Assembly: GCA_045106895.1 (NCBI GenBank)
Contig: JBGCFM010000241.1
Coordinates: 1 to 48,870, forward strand
Source: Polyangiales bacterium
Lineage (GTDB): Bacteria; Myxococcota_A; Polyangia; Polyangiales; Houyiibacteriaceae
Length of the DNA stretch: 48,870 bases
Direction: 5' to 3'
Made by a program: the position numbers and the translations under genes. Position 1 is the first letter of the stretch, and every line of letters starts with the position of its first letter. Of this stretch, positions 9,639 through 18,006 are shown piece by piece. The notes below the pieces were generated by a model. That model ran no database searches and had not been told where the DNA came from. It worked only from the letters and a program-made list of their open reading frames with translations.

Positions 9639-10280
9639 CTATTCGATGGCGAGCACCTCGTTGACTCCTTCGACGAGCGCGTCGCTGAGCTCCGTGCCGT
9701 CCCGGAGGACGTCGTACAACTCGTCGAAGACGGCCGCGTGGATGTGATCGTCGTGCAAGCGAGGAAGAACCTGAAGGCCCGCGAAGGCCGCCTCGACATG
9801 GGCAACTTCGACCCCGTTGCCAAGGAAGGAAACGAAGTCCGCCGCCGCGCGTTGTGACTCATGCTGGAGCGTCTCGGCGACGCGAATCCAGGTCGGGTAT
9901 CGACGCAAAGATGAATCGGCGAGTTGGTCGTAGAGCGCCGAGAGCCACTCGAGGGGCTCTTTGGCGCTGCGCCAGGGACGCACGACGACGACGACTCGAT
10001 CCAAATATGCGGGATCGCTCAGCGGTACACCTTCGGGCGTCATCACCACCACAGACGACGCGGTGGGCTCCGGATGAAGGTAGCGTCCCGAGGGTCGGTG
10101 GGGGTTGGTCTCGAAGAACACGCCCTCGTTGAGTGGGTCGACCCACCACGACGACGGCGACTCGTGAAGCACGGCCAGGGAACTGAGCGGCTTGTCGCCC
10201 AATACGGAGAGCCCCGATGCGTCGAGCGCGAAGGCGACTGCAAGGCTGTCAGCGCGCTCGGCGCTCGCGAGGGCGATCAT
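9639..10280 (-). CDS. Degenerate paralog of the adjacent sulfotransferase-like protein
   Basis: ATGA overlap with the upstream gene; shares TNPxxxxGRYxH, DxVVxxVRPWR and VFDxLYxxL blocks with it, but lacks the KRSGTS loop. Confidence 0.75.
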   Translation of the reverse strand: MIALASAERADSLAVAFALDASGLSVLGDKPLSSLAVLHESPSSWWVDPLNEGVFFETNPHRPSGRYLHPEPTASSVVVMTPEGVPLSDPAYLDRVVVVVRPWRSAKEPLEWLSALYDQLADSSLRRYPTWIRVAETLQHESQRAAADFVSFLGNGVEVAHVEAAFAGLQVLPRLHDDHIHAAVFDELYDVLRDGTELSDALVEGVNEVLAIE

Positions 10281-11122
10281 GTAGCCCGCCTCTTCTTTGC
10301 GGCAGCGCGTACGTCCCGGGCCCAGCGCAACTGGTCCTCTTGGGCTGCGCGGACGCCTTTCATAAAATCAGGGGCGAGGTCCTGTTGAACGCTTCGCATG
10401 CGTTTCCAGAACGCGGGCGAGATGGGATCGCCGGCATTGAGCGTTTCATAAAGTGTGTCGAATACATCGATGATGCCCTCGGAGAGCGAAGAGTGAGCGT
10501 ACGGCGCAATGTTCGACTGAGTTCGCTGGTCCGAGTGGATACTGGCCGCCGCCGCATCCCCATCTCCGCCGATTCCTCGAACCGTCTCGCCGACGAATCG
10601 AAGGGGGTCGGCGAGGGCGTTGTCGTAGGTGATGATGTTCGCTGGGAAGCCGCGCAGGGCGAGGTCTTCGAGGATGAGAAAGTTGTCGACCCACCACTCC
10701 AGCGCGGGGTCTGGAACCACCCGCGGCCTAAGCGAACCGCCCAGCGCTTTCTCCGCGGCGGCGTGCTCCATGCGGTAGAGGCGCGTCAGCGAGGCGACGT
10801 ATTCCCGCCACGGGCGAACCGTCATCACCACGCTGTCGATGAAGGCTCGGTGCGTTCGAACGAAACCGCCCGCGAAGATCTTCACCGCGTTCGTACGGCT
10901 GTCTTCGTGGTGGATGTAGCGTCCCGTTTTTGGATTTGGGTTTGTCCCATGGTGAATGCCGACCCGAAGCAGCGACTCGAAGAAGCCACCTGTATTGGCG
11001 TCGCGAATACTCGTACCCCACGACGCTGGGTACGCGATGCCGATGGGCTCAAACCCACCGGCGGCGAGGGCCGACATCCACATCGAGGTGCCGGAGCGCT
11101 TGGTGCCAGTCACGACGATCAT
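10277..11122 (-). CDS. Sulfotransferase-like P-loop protein
   Basis: N-terminal MIVVTGTKRSGTSMWM resembles the 5'-PSB motif; internal VRPWREYVASL resembles the 3'-PB region; ITYDNALADP. Confidence 0.75.
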   Translation of the reverse strand: MIVVTGTKRSGTSMWMSALAAGGFEPIGIAYPASWGTSIRDANTGGFFESLLRVGIHHGTNPNPKTGRYIHHEDSRTNAVKIFAGGFVRTHRAFIDSVVMTVRPWREYVASLTRLYRMEHAAAEKALGGSLRPRVVPDPALEWWVDNFLILEDLALRGFPANIITYDNALADPLRFVGETVRGIGGDGDAAAASIHSDQRTQSNIAPYAHSSLSEGIIDVFDTLYETLNAGDPISPAFWKRMRSVQQDLAPDFMKGVRAAQEDQLRWARDVRAAAKKRRAT

Positions 11123-11140
11123 GGACGGAACTCAGAGCGA

Positions 11141-11527
11141 CTACAGGTCGATGTCAGGGCAAGCAGCAGCGATCGCCGCTTCGTCGAGCCTGCTTTCGCA
11201 ACCCGAGTCTTCAGAGAACTGATCGCAGGTTAGATTTGAGTAGCAGCTGTAGAGATCCGCATAGGATGTGAGGACCACTTCTTCGCATTCGGGCGACACG
11301 CCTTCCGTGCGGAGTTCATCAATGAACTCTGCAATGGCGGCGTCGCGTGCCGCCGACGTCTCACAGATCTCTTCTTCTTCACCACAAGCCGCGATGGTCT
11401 CGCAGGCATCGTCCAATGCGGCGCGGAACGCCTCTTCGGGTGTGTTGGCGCACCCGGCGGCGGGCAATGCGAGCGCTGCCAGCGCGATTCCTTTTCGGAG
11501 GATGAGTTTGGGTCGTTTTGATTTCAT
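11141..11527 (-). CDS. Cys-rich acidic lipoprotein
   Basis: Signal peptide with lipobox-like AAGC; several spaced cysteines in the mature part. Confidence 0.75.
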   Translation of the reverse strand: MKSKRPKLILRKGIALAALALPAAGCANTPEEAFRAALDDACETIAACGEEEEICETSAARDAAIAEFIDELRTEGVSPECEEVVLTSYADLYSCYSNLTCDQFSEDSGCESRLDEAAIAAACPDIDL

Positions 11528-11577
11528 AAGAAGCTCCACTGTTGAACAAGCGCGCGAGCGCAAACTACACGGAGCAT

Positions 11578-11594
11578 AGCAAGTCCCACGCCAA
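11578..11594 (-). promoter_or_regulatory. Putative sigma54 -24/-12 promoter
   Basis: Minus strand reads TTGGCGTGGGACTTGCT, matching TGGCAC-N5-TTGC(A/T), about 50 bp upstream of the lipoprotein ATG. Confidence 0.7.
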
Positions 11595-11738
11595 GGACCG
11601 ATTCCGCGCAAAGAATACAGAACGCGAGGACCAGGTGGGGTCCTTTTGCAACACATGCGTGAGGCAGCGGCTCGCATCGGCACAGCAAAAGCCGTGGAGG
11701 TTGAGGGCGCCATTCTCACTCAACTTATCGCCGTGCCA

Positions 11739-11767
11739 TTGACGCCTCGTGGGTCCGTTGTTAGAGA
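11739..11767 (+). promoter_or_regulatory. Putative sigma70-type promoter for the uORF/EF-G paralog
   Basis: TTGACG-N17-TAGAGA with a TGn extended -10. Confidence 0.5.
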
Positions 11768-11784
11768 GACTCTTCGAGGACATC

Positions 11785-11958
11785 ATGTTTTCCGCGCACA
11801 CAACCCAGACCCCTCTTCGCTGCTCCAGCGAACGCTGCTTCCGCAGCGACGGCGTCGTTGTGTTCTGCGCCCCGGACGGCCTGCACGGCCGCGGAGCCGC
11901 ACGTCGTCAGTCCACGCTCTGCGTTTGGCTGGCATCGAACGTGCGCGTAGCGGCCTAA
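11785..11958 (+). CDS. Putative 57-aa leader peptide/uORF upstream of the EF-G paralog
   Basis: RBS GAGGA (11776-11780) before ATG 11785, just downstream of the putative promoter. Confidence 0.5.
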   Translation: MFSAHTTQTPLRCSSERCFRSDGVVVFCAPDGLHGRGAARRQSTLCVWLASNVRVAA

Positions 11959-12202
11959 AGCACCGTTCGCCTCCGCCCTCCTGAGCTCACTTTTCGAAAG
12001 CCCCGAGCTCTGCGCGCTCCGCGCATTGAAGTACCCACGGCCTGAGCTGTCGTGCGTATTGGCCCCTGTTTTTAGGGGTCGGAAGCAGAACGAAGCCGCT
12101 GCGCTCCATCTGGCTCGCCCTCCCATTTTTTGAGAAGGGCGCACTGCTGCGTCGCCCTCGAATGAGGCGACGGATGCACCCGTGCGCCGAAAGGAAACCA
12201 CC
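11959..12202 (+). promoter_or_regulatory. Structured 5' leader (possible attenuator)
   Basis: At least six stems, including the mutually exclusive pairings 12116-21/12136-41 and 12138-44/12182-88. Confidence 0.5.
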
Positions 12203-14242
12203 ATGACCCGCAAGAACGATTCGCTCCGCAACGTTGGCATCATCGCCCATGTCGACGCCGGCAAGACCACGCTCACTGAACGCATCCTTCACCGCACCGG
12301 CGAGATTCATCGCCAAGGTGAAGTTCATCACGGAAACACGACGACGGACTTTGGCGTCGAAGAACAGAAGATGGGCATCACCATCTCTGCGGCGGCGGTG
12401 AGTTGCGCTTGGCGCGACGCGACGATTCAGATCATCGACACCCCCGGACACGCTGACTTCACCATTGAGGTCGAGCGCTCGCTTCGTGTCCTCGACGGCG
12501 CCGTTCTTCTTTTGGATGCCGTCGCCGGCGTCGAGCCTCAGACAGAAAAGGTCTGGCGCCAAGCCAAGGACCACGACGTCTCCGCCATCGCGTTCATCAA
12601 CAAGCTTGATCGCGCAGGTGCAGACTTCGATCACGCGCTCGCGTCCCTTCGAGAGAAGCTCGATGGGAACTTTGCTGTCCTCCAGAGGCCAATGGGCGCC
12701 GAGGACGACTTCAAGGGCATCCTCGATCTCGTGCAGCGCCAGGCCGTCGTCTGGAACGACACGAACGGCGTGCCGATTCCCGAGACCATCCCGGTCCCCG
12801 AATCACTTCGGTCCGAGATGGAAGACTGGCGCGCTCGACTCGTTGAGCAGGTCGCCGAAGTCGACGAGACGCTCCTTGAGCTCTTCGTCGACGACCCCAA
12901 CGTGGATGCCGATGCGCTCAAAGCGGCGCTTCGGCGATGCACCCTCGATGGCAGCGTTATTCCAGTCTTGGCTGGTTCCGCGTTTCGTCATCGGGGCGTC
13001 GAACCCCTTTTGGATGCCCTCGTCGACTACCTGCCGGCGCCGCACGAAAAGGGATCGGTTCACGCAGCGGACTCCGAGGAGACGCGCGCGCGAACGACGG
13101 AGTCTCCCCTTGCAGCGCTTTGCTTCAAGGTGGCCTTCGACCGTCACGCAGCCCTTTGTTTTGTGCGCGTCTACTCAGGCGCTCTCGTCAAAGGACAAAG
13201 TGTCGCCATCGGCGGCACGCGGAAGACACTTCGCGTCGGTCGCATGGTTCGCCTCTTTGCGGACCAGCAACACGACGTCAATGAACTCAGAGCCGGTGAA
13301 ATCGGCGCCCTCCTCGGCGCCGAACTCGCCACAGGCAATACCCTTTGTGATGTGGAGCATCCCATCGTTCTCGAACGAGTCGACGCTCCGCCGGCGGTCA
13401 TGCGGATGGCCATCGAAGCACGAAGCACGACGGACCGAGAGCGCCTCCCCAAAGCGCTTTCGCGACTGCTCCTCGAAGACCCATCGCTCCGCCTTGAGCA
13501 CAACGCTCAGACGGGGCAAACGACGCTCGCCGGCATGGGGCGACTTCATCTCGAAGTCGCCGCGAGCCGCTTGAAGACCCTTCACAAGGTCGACGTCGAC
13601 CTCGGTCAGCCACGCGTTGCGTATCGAGAGACCCTCTCGCGGCGTGCCGAAGTGCAGCACCGACACATCAAGCAAAGCGGAGGACCCGGACAATACGCGG
13701 TCCTCACGCTCTCCGTAGAGCCGTGCGAAGCGGACTTCGAGTTCGTCGACGAGACGCGCGGCGGGGCGCTGCTTCGCGAGTACGTGCGAGGCGTCGAGAA
13801 GGGCTGCCGAGCCGCCATGACCCATGGCGTCCTTGGCGGGTATCCCCTGAGCGGCGTTCGTGTGCGGCTCGTCGACGGTGATATGCATACCAACGACTCC
13901 AGTGAACATGTCTTCGAGATGGCCGCAGCCGTGGCGTTTCAGAAGGCTTGCGCCAAAGCGGCGCCGGTGTTCTTGGAACCGATCATGGAGCTCCATGTTC
14001 ATGTTCCTGGCACCTATGGTGGCGCCGTCATTGGAGACATCAGCGCGCGAAGAGGCCAAGTGCTTCACGTGGACGCAAAGGGAGATGGACGCGAGATTGG
14101 GGCCAAGGTTCCTCTCTCCGAGCTCTTCTCCTACGCGGCTGCACTCGGCGGCCTGAGCTCAGGTCGCGGAAGCCATTCGATGACCCTCGCGGAGTACGCG
14201 GCGGTCCCGGCGTCGGAAGCGACACATCTCATGAGCGCGTAA
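12203..14242 (+). CDS. fusA: Elongation factor G paralog (stand-alone, divergent)
   Basis: AHVDAGKTT, GITI, DTPGH, NKLD, EDPS, KQSGGPGQY, LEPIM; RBS AAGGA; not in the str operon. Confidence 0.93.
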   Translation: MTRKNDSLRNVGIIAHVDAGKTTLTERILHRTGEIHRQGEVHHGNTTTDFGVEEQKMGITISAAAVSCAWRDATIQIIDTPGHADFTIEVERSLRVLDGAVLLLDAVAGVEPQTEKVWRQAKDHDVSAIAFINKLDRAGADFDHALASLREKLDGNFAVLQRPMGAEDDFKGILDLVQRQAVVWNDTNGVPIPETIPVPESLRSEMEDWRARLVEQVAEVDETLLELFVDDPNVDADALKAALRRCTLDGSVIPVLAGSAFRHRGVEPLLDALVDYLPAPHEKGSVHAADSEETRARTTESPLAALCFKVAFDRHAALCFVRVYSGALVKGQSVAIGGTRKTLRVGRMVRLFADQQHDVNELRAGEIGALLGAELATGNTLCDVEHPIVLERVDAPPAVMRMAIEARSTTDRERLPKALSRLLLEDPSLRLEHNAQTGQTTLAGMGRLHLEVAASRLKTLHKVDVDLGQPRVAYRETLSRRAEVQHRHIKQSGGPGQYAVLTLSVEPCEADFEFVDETRGGALLREYVRGVEKGCRAAMTHGVLGGYPLSGVRVRLVDGDMHTNDSSEHVFEMAAAVAFQKACAKAAPVFLEPIMELHVHVPGTYGGAVIGDISARRGQVLHVDAKGDGREIGAKVPLSELFSYAAALGGLSSGRGSHSMTLAEYAAVPASEATHLMSA

Positions 14243-14250
14243 CCCCTGGG

Positions 14251-14287
14251 CGCCCCACTGGCTGAGCCGGTGGGGCGTTTCCTTTTC
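14251..14287 (+). terminator. Rho-independent terminator
   Basis: CGCCCCACTGGC-TGA-GCCGGTGGGGCG stem followed by TTTCCTTTTC directly after the EF-G stop codon. Confidence 0.8.
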
Positions 14288-14385
14288 ACTTCATTCAAAC
14301 GACGAAGAGTTCGGCCCCGACACGGTCTCTTACGACGTATGAGTGTTTCCATTGCGACGTTGGAGCACTCCACTAGCGTCGTCCG

Positions 14386-15240
14386 ATGCGCCTCATAACT
14401 CTCTTGTCGGTTCTCACCCTCCTTTCCTTGAACGCTTGCGGCGATGACGATCGCGCTCTCTTAGATGCCGCGGGCTCCGACGCATCGCCTGGTGACGGCG
14501 GAGACCGCGACGACGCTGGCAATAGCGACGACGCTGGCAATAGCGACGCAGGCCCGGACATCTCGGGTCCTCCCCAGGCGTACCTCGACGTCATGTTCAC
14601 CCGCCTTCCGGACGACGAGGAGTGGACCGCCGCGGCGACGGTGGGCCCGAACATGTTGCAGCAGTACAGTCGTGTGCTCTGCCAAACCGGCACGGGACTC
14701 GGAGGCAGTGGGCTGTGCTTTCCCCCAACTCTTCCCGCGCCCGGCGAGAGCTTCGAAGAAGTGACTCGCGGCGACCGAACGCTGACGGGGGACGCGCGCC
14801 TCACCGTCGGCGACGTTCGACTCTCGTCGATCGGTAGTTCTTCCGGGACCTGGTTCTTTCCTGATGGCAGCCGACCCTTACCGGCTCCAGAAAGCATCCG
14901 AGTCGCCGGAACCGTCGGCGAGGAGACCGTGGAGGCGGACTTTCCGATGATCGAAGCGACGGAAGCACAGGTGGTCCTCGGATCAGAGAGCGCCACGCTC
15001 ATGTGGAACACCACCGGAGTCGGTCAAGTGTTTGCTCGGATCATCGCGCTCGAAGGCACAAGCATCTCTCGCACCCAAACCATGCTCATCGACGATGGCG
15101 AAGAGACCATCGCTCTGCCACCGGCGGAGCGTTACTTCGTGACCCTTGGCCGCGTTCATCAAGAGATTCGGCGAGTGGGCGGCGTTGCGCTCTACTTCAC
15201 CTACGTCGACTCATCGACGGCGGAAACGCCGCGCGAGTAG
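14386..15240 (+). CDS. Hypothetical lipoprotein
   Basis: Lipobox LNAC followed by an acidic DAG-rich linker of the myxobacterial type. Confidence 0.8.
   Translation: MRLITLLSVLTLLSLNACGDDDRALLDAAGSDASPGDGGDRDDAGNSDDAGNSDAGPDISGPPQAYLDVMFTRLPDDEEWTAAATVGPNMLQQYSRVLCQTGTGLGGSGLCFPPTLPAPGESFEEVTRGDRTLTGDARLTVGDVRLSSIGSSSGTWFFPDGSRPLPAPESIRVAGTVGEETVEADFPMIEATEAQVVLGSESATLMWNTTGVGQVFARIIALEGTSISRTQTMLIDDGEETIALPPAERYFVTLGRVHQEIRRVGGVALYFTYVDSSTAETPRE
14507..14549 (+). repeat. 18-bp coding tandem repeat (DDAGNS x2)
   Basis: GCGACGACGCTGGCAATA occurs twice plus a partial copy. Confidence 0.85.
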
Positions 15241-16625
15241 AGCGACCGGCTGACGAAGACGTTTCCCTCGTAGCCGGCATATACGAGTTCGCTGTTCGCT
15301 GTCGATGTCACACATGTGACGAAATCCACGCTCAAGGTGCATCGCTCGTGCGTACCCCCTCGCCAGCATTTCACGGAGCCGTCTTCGGAGCCTGTGAAGA
15401 CACCTTGTTCTGCGATGACGATGGACGTGATGGCTGCATCGTGTGCTTCTACGTGGACAACCGGAGCGCACTCTTTTAGTTGGTGCAAATCTCCGTGAAC
15501 GTCACCGACCCAGAGCTCATCACCACTCACGGCGACGGCACGAAGGGGTTGAGCCAGGGTGGCGAGGGTGCAGGTTTCGCCATCCGCGGTGGTGAAGCAA
15601 ACCCGTCCATCTTGGCCCACGGAGACCCATCCCACGCCATAAGGTGTGATACGCCAAGCCCAGCTTTCGTGCGCTCGGCTCGTCCACTGGGCGGCGCCGC
15701 TCTCGTCATAAGCGTGTAGAGCGCCGCTGGCCGTCGACACCACCACGCCACCGGCTCGGTGCGCAAGGGCGAGGACCGCGCCGTCCACCGTCGCGACTCT
15801 GCGGAAGCCACCTTCTTCATCGAGGATGGCAAGACAGCCCGAGCGCGTCCCTGCCCAAAGGCGGCCACGTCCTTCATGCAGCGCTGTGACGGAACCGAGC
15901 CCAAGGTCCGTGACCTCCGGCGTCTTTCCCCATGTGCGCACGGTGCCGTCTCGTCCCGCGCTGGCGACGTCTCCGTTTGCCCGAACGATGACTTGCCAGA
16001 CGTAGCCTCGGTGCCGGCCGAGAACGTTCGTCGTGTCGGCATCGTCGCGCCCGACGCGCCGATACATCGCGTCGGTTCTCAAGACGTGTTTGATGCCCGC
16101 GCTCACCGCCTCGCCGTCATGCCAAACTCGATGATCGAAGACGATGGCGGTACCCGGCGATGGCGGAATTGACGCCCACGTCGTGGTGCCACGCATGTCG
16201 GCGTAGAAGCGCGTGTGGCCGCCGACGCGTTCGGGGACATCATCCAAATAGAGCTGAACGGTCAGGAGCGAGCGCACCTCCGCGCTGGGAACGTAAGGCC
16301 CGTCGCGGTGGACGCAGAACCCTTGGCCCCCTTGATAACGACACGCACGAAAGCGCGAGTTCAGCCCCTCAAGCTGCCAGGTGCTGCCGTCCGCCTCCAG
16401 CGCCGGCGGGAGCGCTTTCCCCAGCGCGCCATAGAGCCGCGCTGCGAGAGCGGCGTCGTCGAAGACCAAGCGGTCGTTGTTGCGATAGTCGTCTGGATAA
16501 CGAAGACCCGTGGCGGAGAAGCCACGGGTCTGGACGCGATCGAGGAGGGAAGCGCAAAACGAGGCGTCGATGGCCCCGGGCACCGTGAAGCCCACAAAGG
16601 ATCCGGCTGGAAGGAATGTGTTCAT
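15201..16625 (-). CDS. 2OG-Fe(II) oxygenase (prolyl-4-hydroxylase-like) fused to a WD40 beta-propeller
   Basis: YRNNDR, HRDG (HxD), WHDG, VLRTD; then WD-like repeats SAGRDGTVRTWG, SVGQDG, TGSEDGSVKCW, AGYEG. Confidence 0.85.
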   Translation of the reverse strand: MNTFLPAGSFVGFTVPGAIDASFCASLLDRVQTRGFSATGLRYPDDYRNNDRLVFDDAALAARLYGALGKALPPALEADGSTWQLEGLNSRFRACRYQGGQGFCVHRDGPYVPSAEVRSLLTVQLYLDDVPERVGGHTRFYADMRGTTTWASIPPSPGTAIVFDHRVWHDGEAVSAGIKHVLRTDAMYRRVGRDDADTTNVLGRHRGYVWQVIVRANGDVASAGRDGTVRTWGKTPEVTDLGLGSVTALHEGRGRLWAGTRSGCLAILDEEGGFRRVATVDGAVLALAHRAGGVVVSTASGALHAYDESGAAQWTSRAHESWAWRITPYGVGWVSVGQDGRVCFTTADGETCTLATLAQPLRAVAVSGDELWVGDVHGDLHQLKECAPVVHVEAHDAAITSIVIAEQGVFTGSEDGSVKCWRGGTHERCTLSVDFVTCVTSTANSELVYAGYEGNVFVSRSLYSRGVSAVDEST

Positions 16626-16643
16626 GCCTTCACGTTGATGCCC

Positions 16644-16669
16644 ATAGATTGGCTATCCCACCAATCTAT
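16644..16669. promoter_or_regulatory. Palindromic operator-like site upstream of the 2OG-WD40 gene
   Basis: ATAGATTGG-N8-CCAATCTAT perfect 9-bp inverted repeat ending 18 bp upstream of the ATG. Confidence 0.6.
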
Positions 16670-16681
16670 CCACAAGGAGAG

Positions 16682-17392
16682 CTAGCTCTCGCGGAACTTG
16701 ATGCTGCAGCCGACGGCGTTGGTCTCGGCCTGAGCGACGGCGCTTCCAGCGGCAACGGCGGTGAGCGCGTCGCGGAGGTAGTGCTCCTGGACGCCCGCGG
16801 GGTCTTGGCTGTCATCGACGGCGCCGTGGTAGACGAGGTGACCTTCGGCGTCGAAGAGGTACGCTTCCGGCGTCTTCTCGGCGCCGAAGGCCCGGGCGAC
16901 ATCGGAGGTCTCGTCCATCACGTAGGGGAAGCGCATGGAGAGCTCCGCGGCGCGGGCCACGGTGCCCTCGAAGGAGTCGCTCGGGTACTCGGTGTCGTCG
17001 TTGGAGTTGATGGCGATGACGCCGATGCCTTGCTCCATGAAGTCGTGGGCCAATGCGACGTAACGTTCCTGCCAGGCCACAGCATAGGGGCAGTGGTTAC
17101 AGGTGAAGAGCACCAATGTGCCCTTCTCTTTGGCGACGGAAGCGATGCTGTGCATCGTGCCGTCGACGTTTCGCATCTCGGTGGCGGACATCGGCGCGCT
17201 ACCGCCGAGGGCGAGACCTTCCGCAGCGGGCGCTTCGGCTGGAGCTTCGGGCGTCTCCGCGGGGGCTTCAGTGGGCGCTTCGGTGGCGCTCGTCGCCTCC
17301 AGCTCGGGGCTCGCAGGCTCCGCGCTTTCGCTGCCGCAAGCAACGAAGAGAAGAACGCCGAGGGCGCAAGAGAGTCGCTGGATAAGTGTCAT
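16682..17392 (-). CDS. Thioredoxin/AhpC-TSA-like lipoprotein
   Basis: Lipobox FVAC; FTCNHCPY, INSND, YHGAVDD, GCSIK. Confidence 0.9.
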   Translation of the reverse strand: MTLIQRLSCALGVLLFVACGSESAEPASPELEATSATEAPTEAPAETPEAPAEAPAAEGLALGGSAPMSATEMRNVDGTMHSIASVAKEKGTLVLFTCNHCPYAVAWQERYVALAHDFMEQGIGVIAINSNDDTEYPSDSFEGTVARAAELSMRFPYVMDETSDVARAFGAEKTPEAYLFDAEGHLVYHGAVDDSQDPAGVQEHYLRDALTAVAAGSAVAQAETNAVGCSIKFRES

Positions 17393-17964
17393 CGTTCGTT
17401 TCCTTCTGAGAGCATCTGTTGCACAGCGCGCTCAAGTTCGTCCATCGGCACCTCGCCGACCCAGACATGCTGAGGCGCGCGGGACCTATCGAAGAGAATG
17501 GTCGCGGGGAGTGTCCCGGACCACTCGCCATGCATCGCCGGGATAAAGTCGGCGTCGCGACCAACACGGATATAAGAAGGCGAAGGCGCGCGCTGTTCCA
17601 CCATGAAGCGGAGCGCGTCGGCGCGGCTGCTGCTGATGTCCATGGAGATGAACATGGCGCCAAGGCCGGCTTGTCGGTTCCGAGCCGCGAGGCTCACCAG
17701 CTGGGGCATCTCCTCCATGCATGGGCGACACCACGTCGACCAGAGGTTCACGAGCAGGACTTCACCGGGGGCGGCTCGTAGAACGCTTTGAATGTCGTCC
17801 GGAGACACATCCGTGAAAGCCTCGAGGGGCTCCGGCGCTGGAACGGGCTCCGGCGCTGGAAGCGGCGCAGCCGCGGAGGAGGAGGACGAAGGCGATGACT
17901 GTGCTTCGCCCTGCCCGCAGGCAGTGAGCGCACAGAGAAGAAGGGCTCGATACAAGGCTCTCAT
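17389..17964 (-). CDS. TlpA-family disulfide reductase lipoprotein
   Basis: Lipobox LTAC; VNLWSTWCRPCMEEMP, WSGTLPAT; 4-bp overlap with the downstream gene. Confidence 0.9.
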   Translation of the reverse strand: MRALYRALLLCALTACGQGEAQSSPSSSSSAAAPLPAPEPVPAPEPLEAFTDVSPDDIQSVLRAAPGEVLLVNLWSTWCRPCMEEMPQLVSLAARNRQAGLGAMFISMDISSSRADALRFMVEQRAPSPSYIRVGRDADFIPAMHGEWSGTLPATILFDRSRAPQHVWVGEVPMDELERAVQQMLSEGNER

Positions 17965-18006
17965 CGCGGACCGAATCATAGGGCGATGTGCGAGAACGTA
18001 AACCCT

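Noticed and set aside
12203..14242. Tet(M)/Tet(O)-type ribosomal protection protein
   Set aside because: Length and domain IV motifs (KQSGGPGQY, HxxDSS) are EF-G-like, so it is called an EF-G paralog pending phylogeny.
12203..16625. 2OG oxygenase hydroxylating the nearby EF-G, by analogy with EF-Tu prolyl hydroxylation
   Set aside because: The EF-G switch I here (DFGVEEQKMGITI) has no proline, and the genes are on opposite strands, separated by a terminator and another gene.
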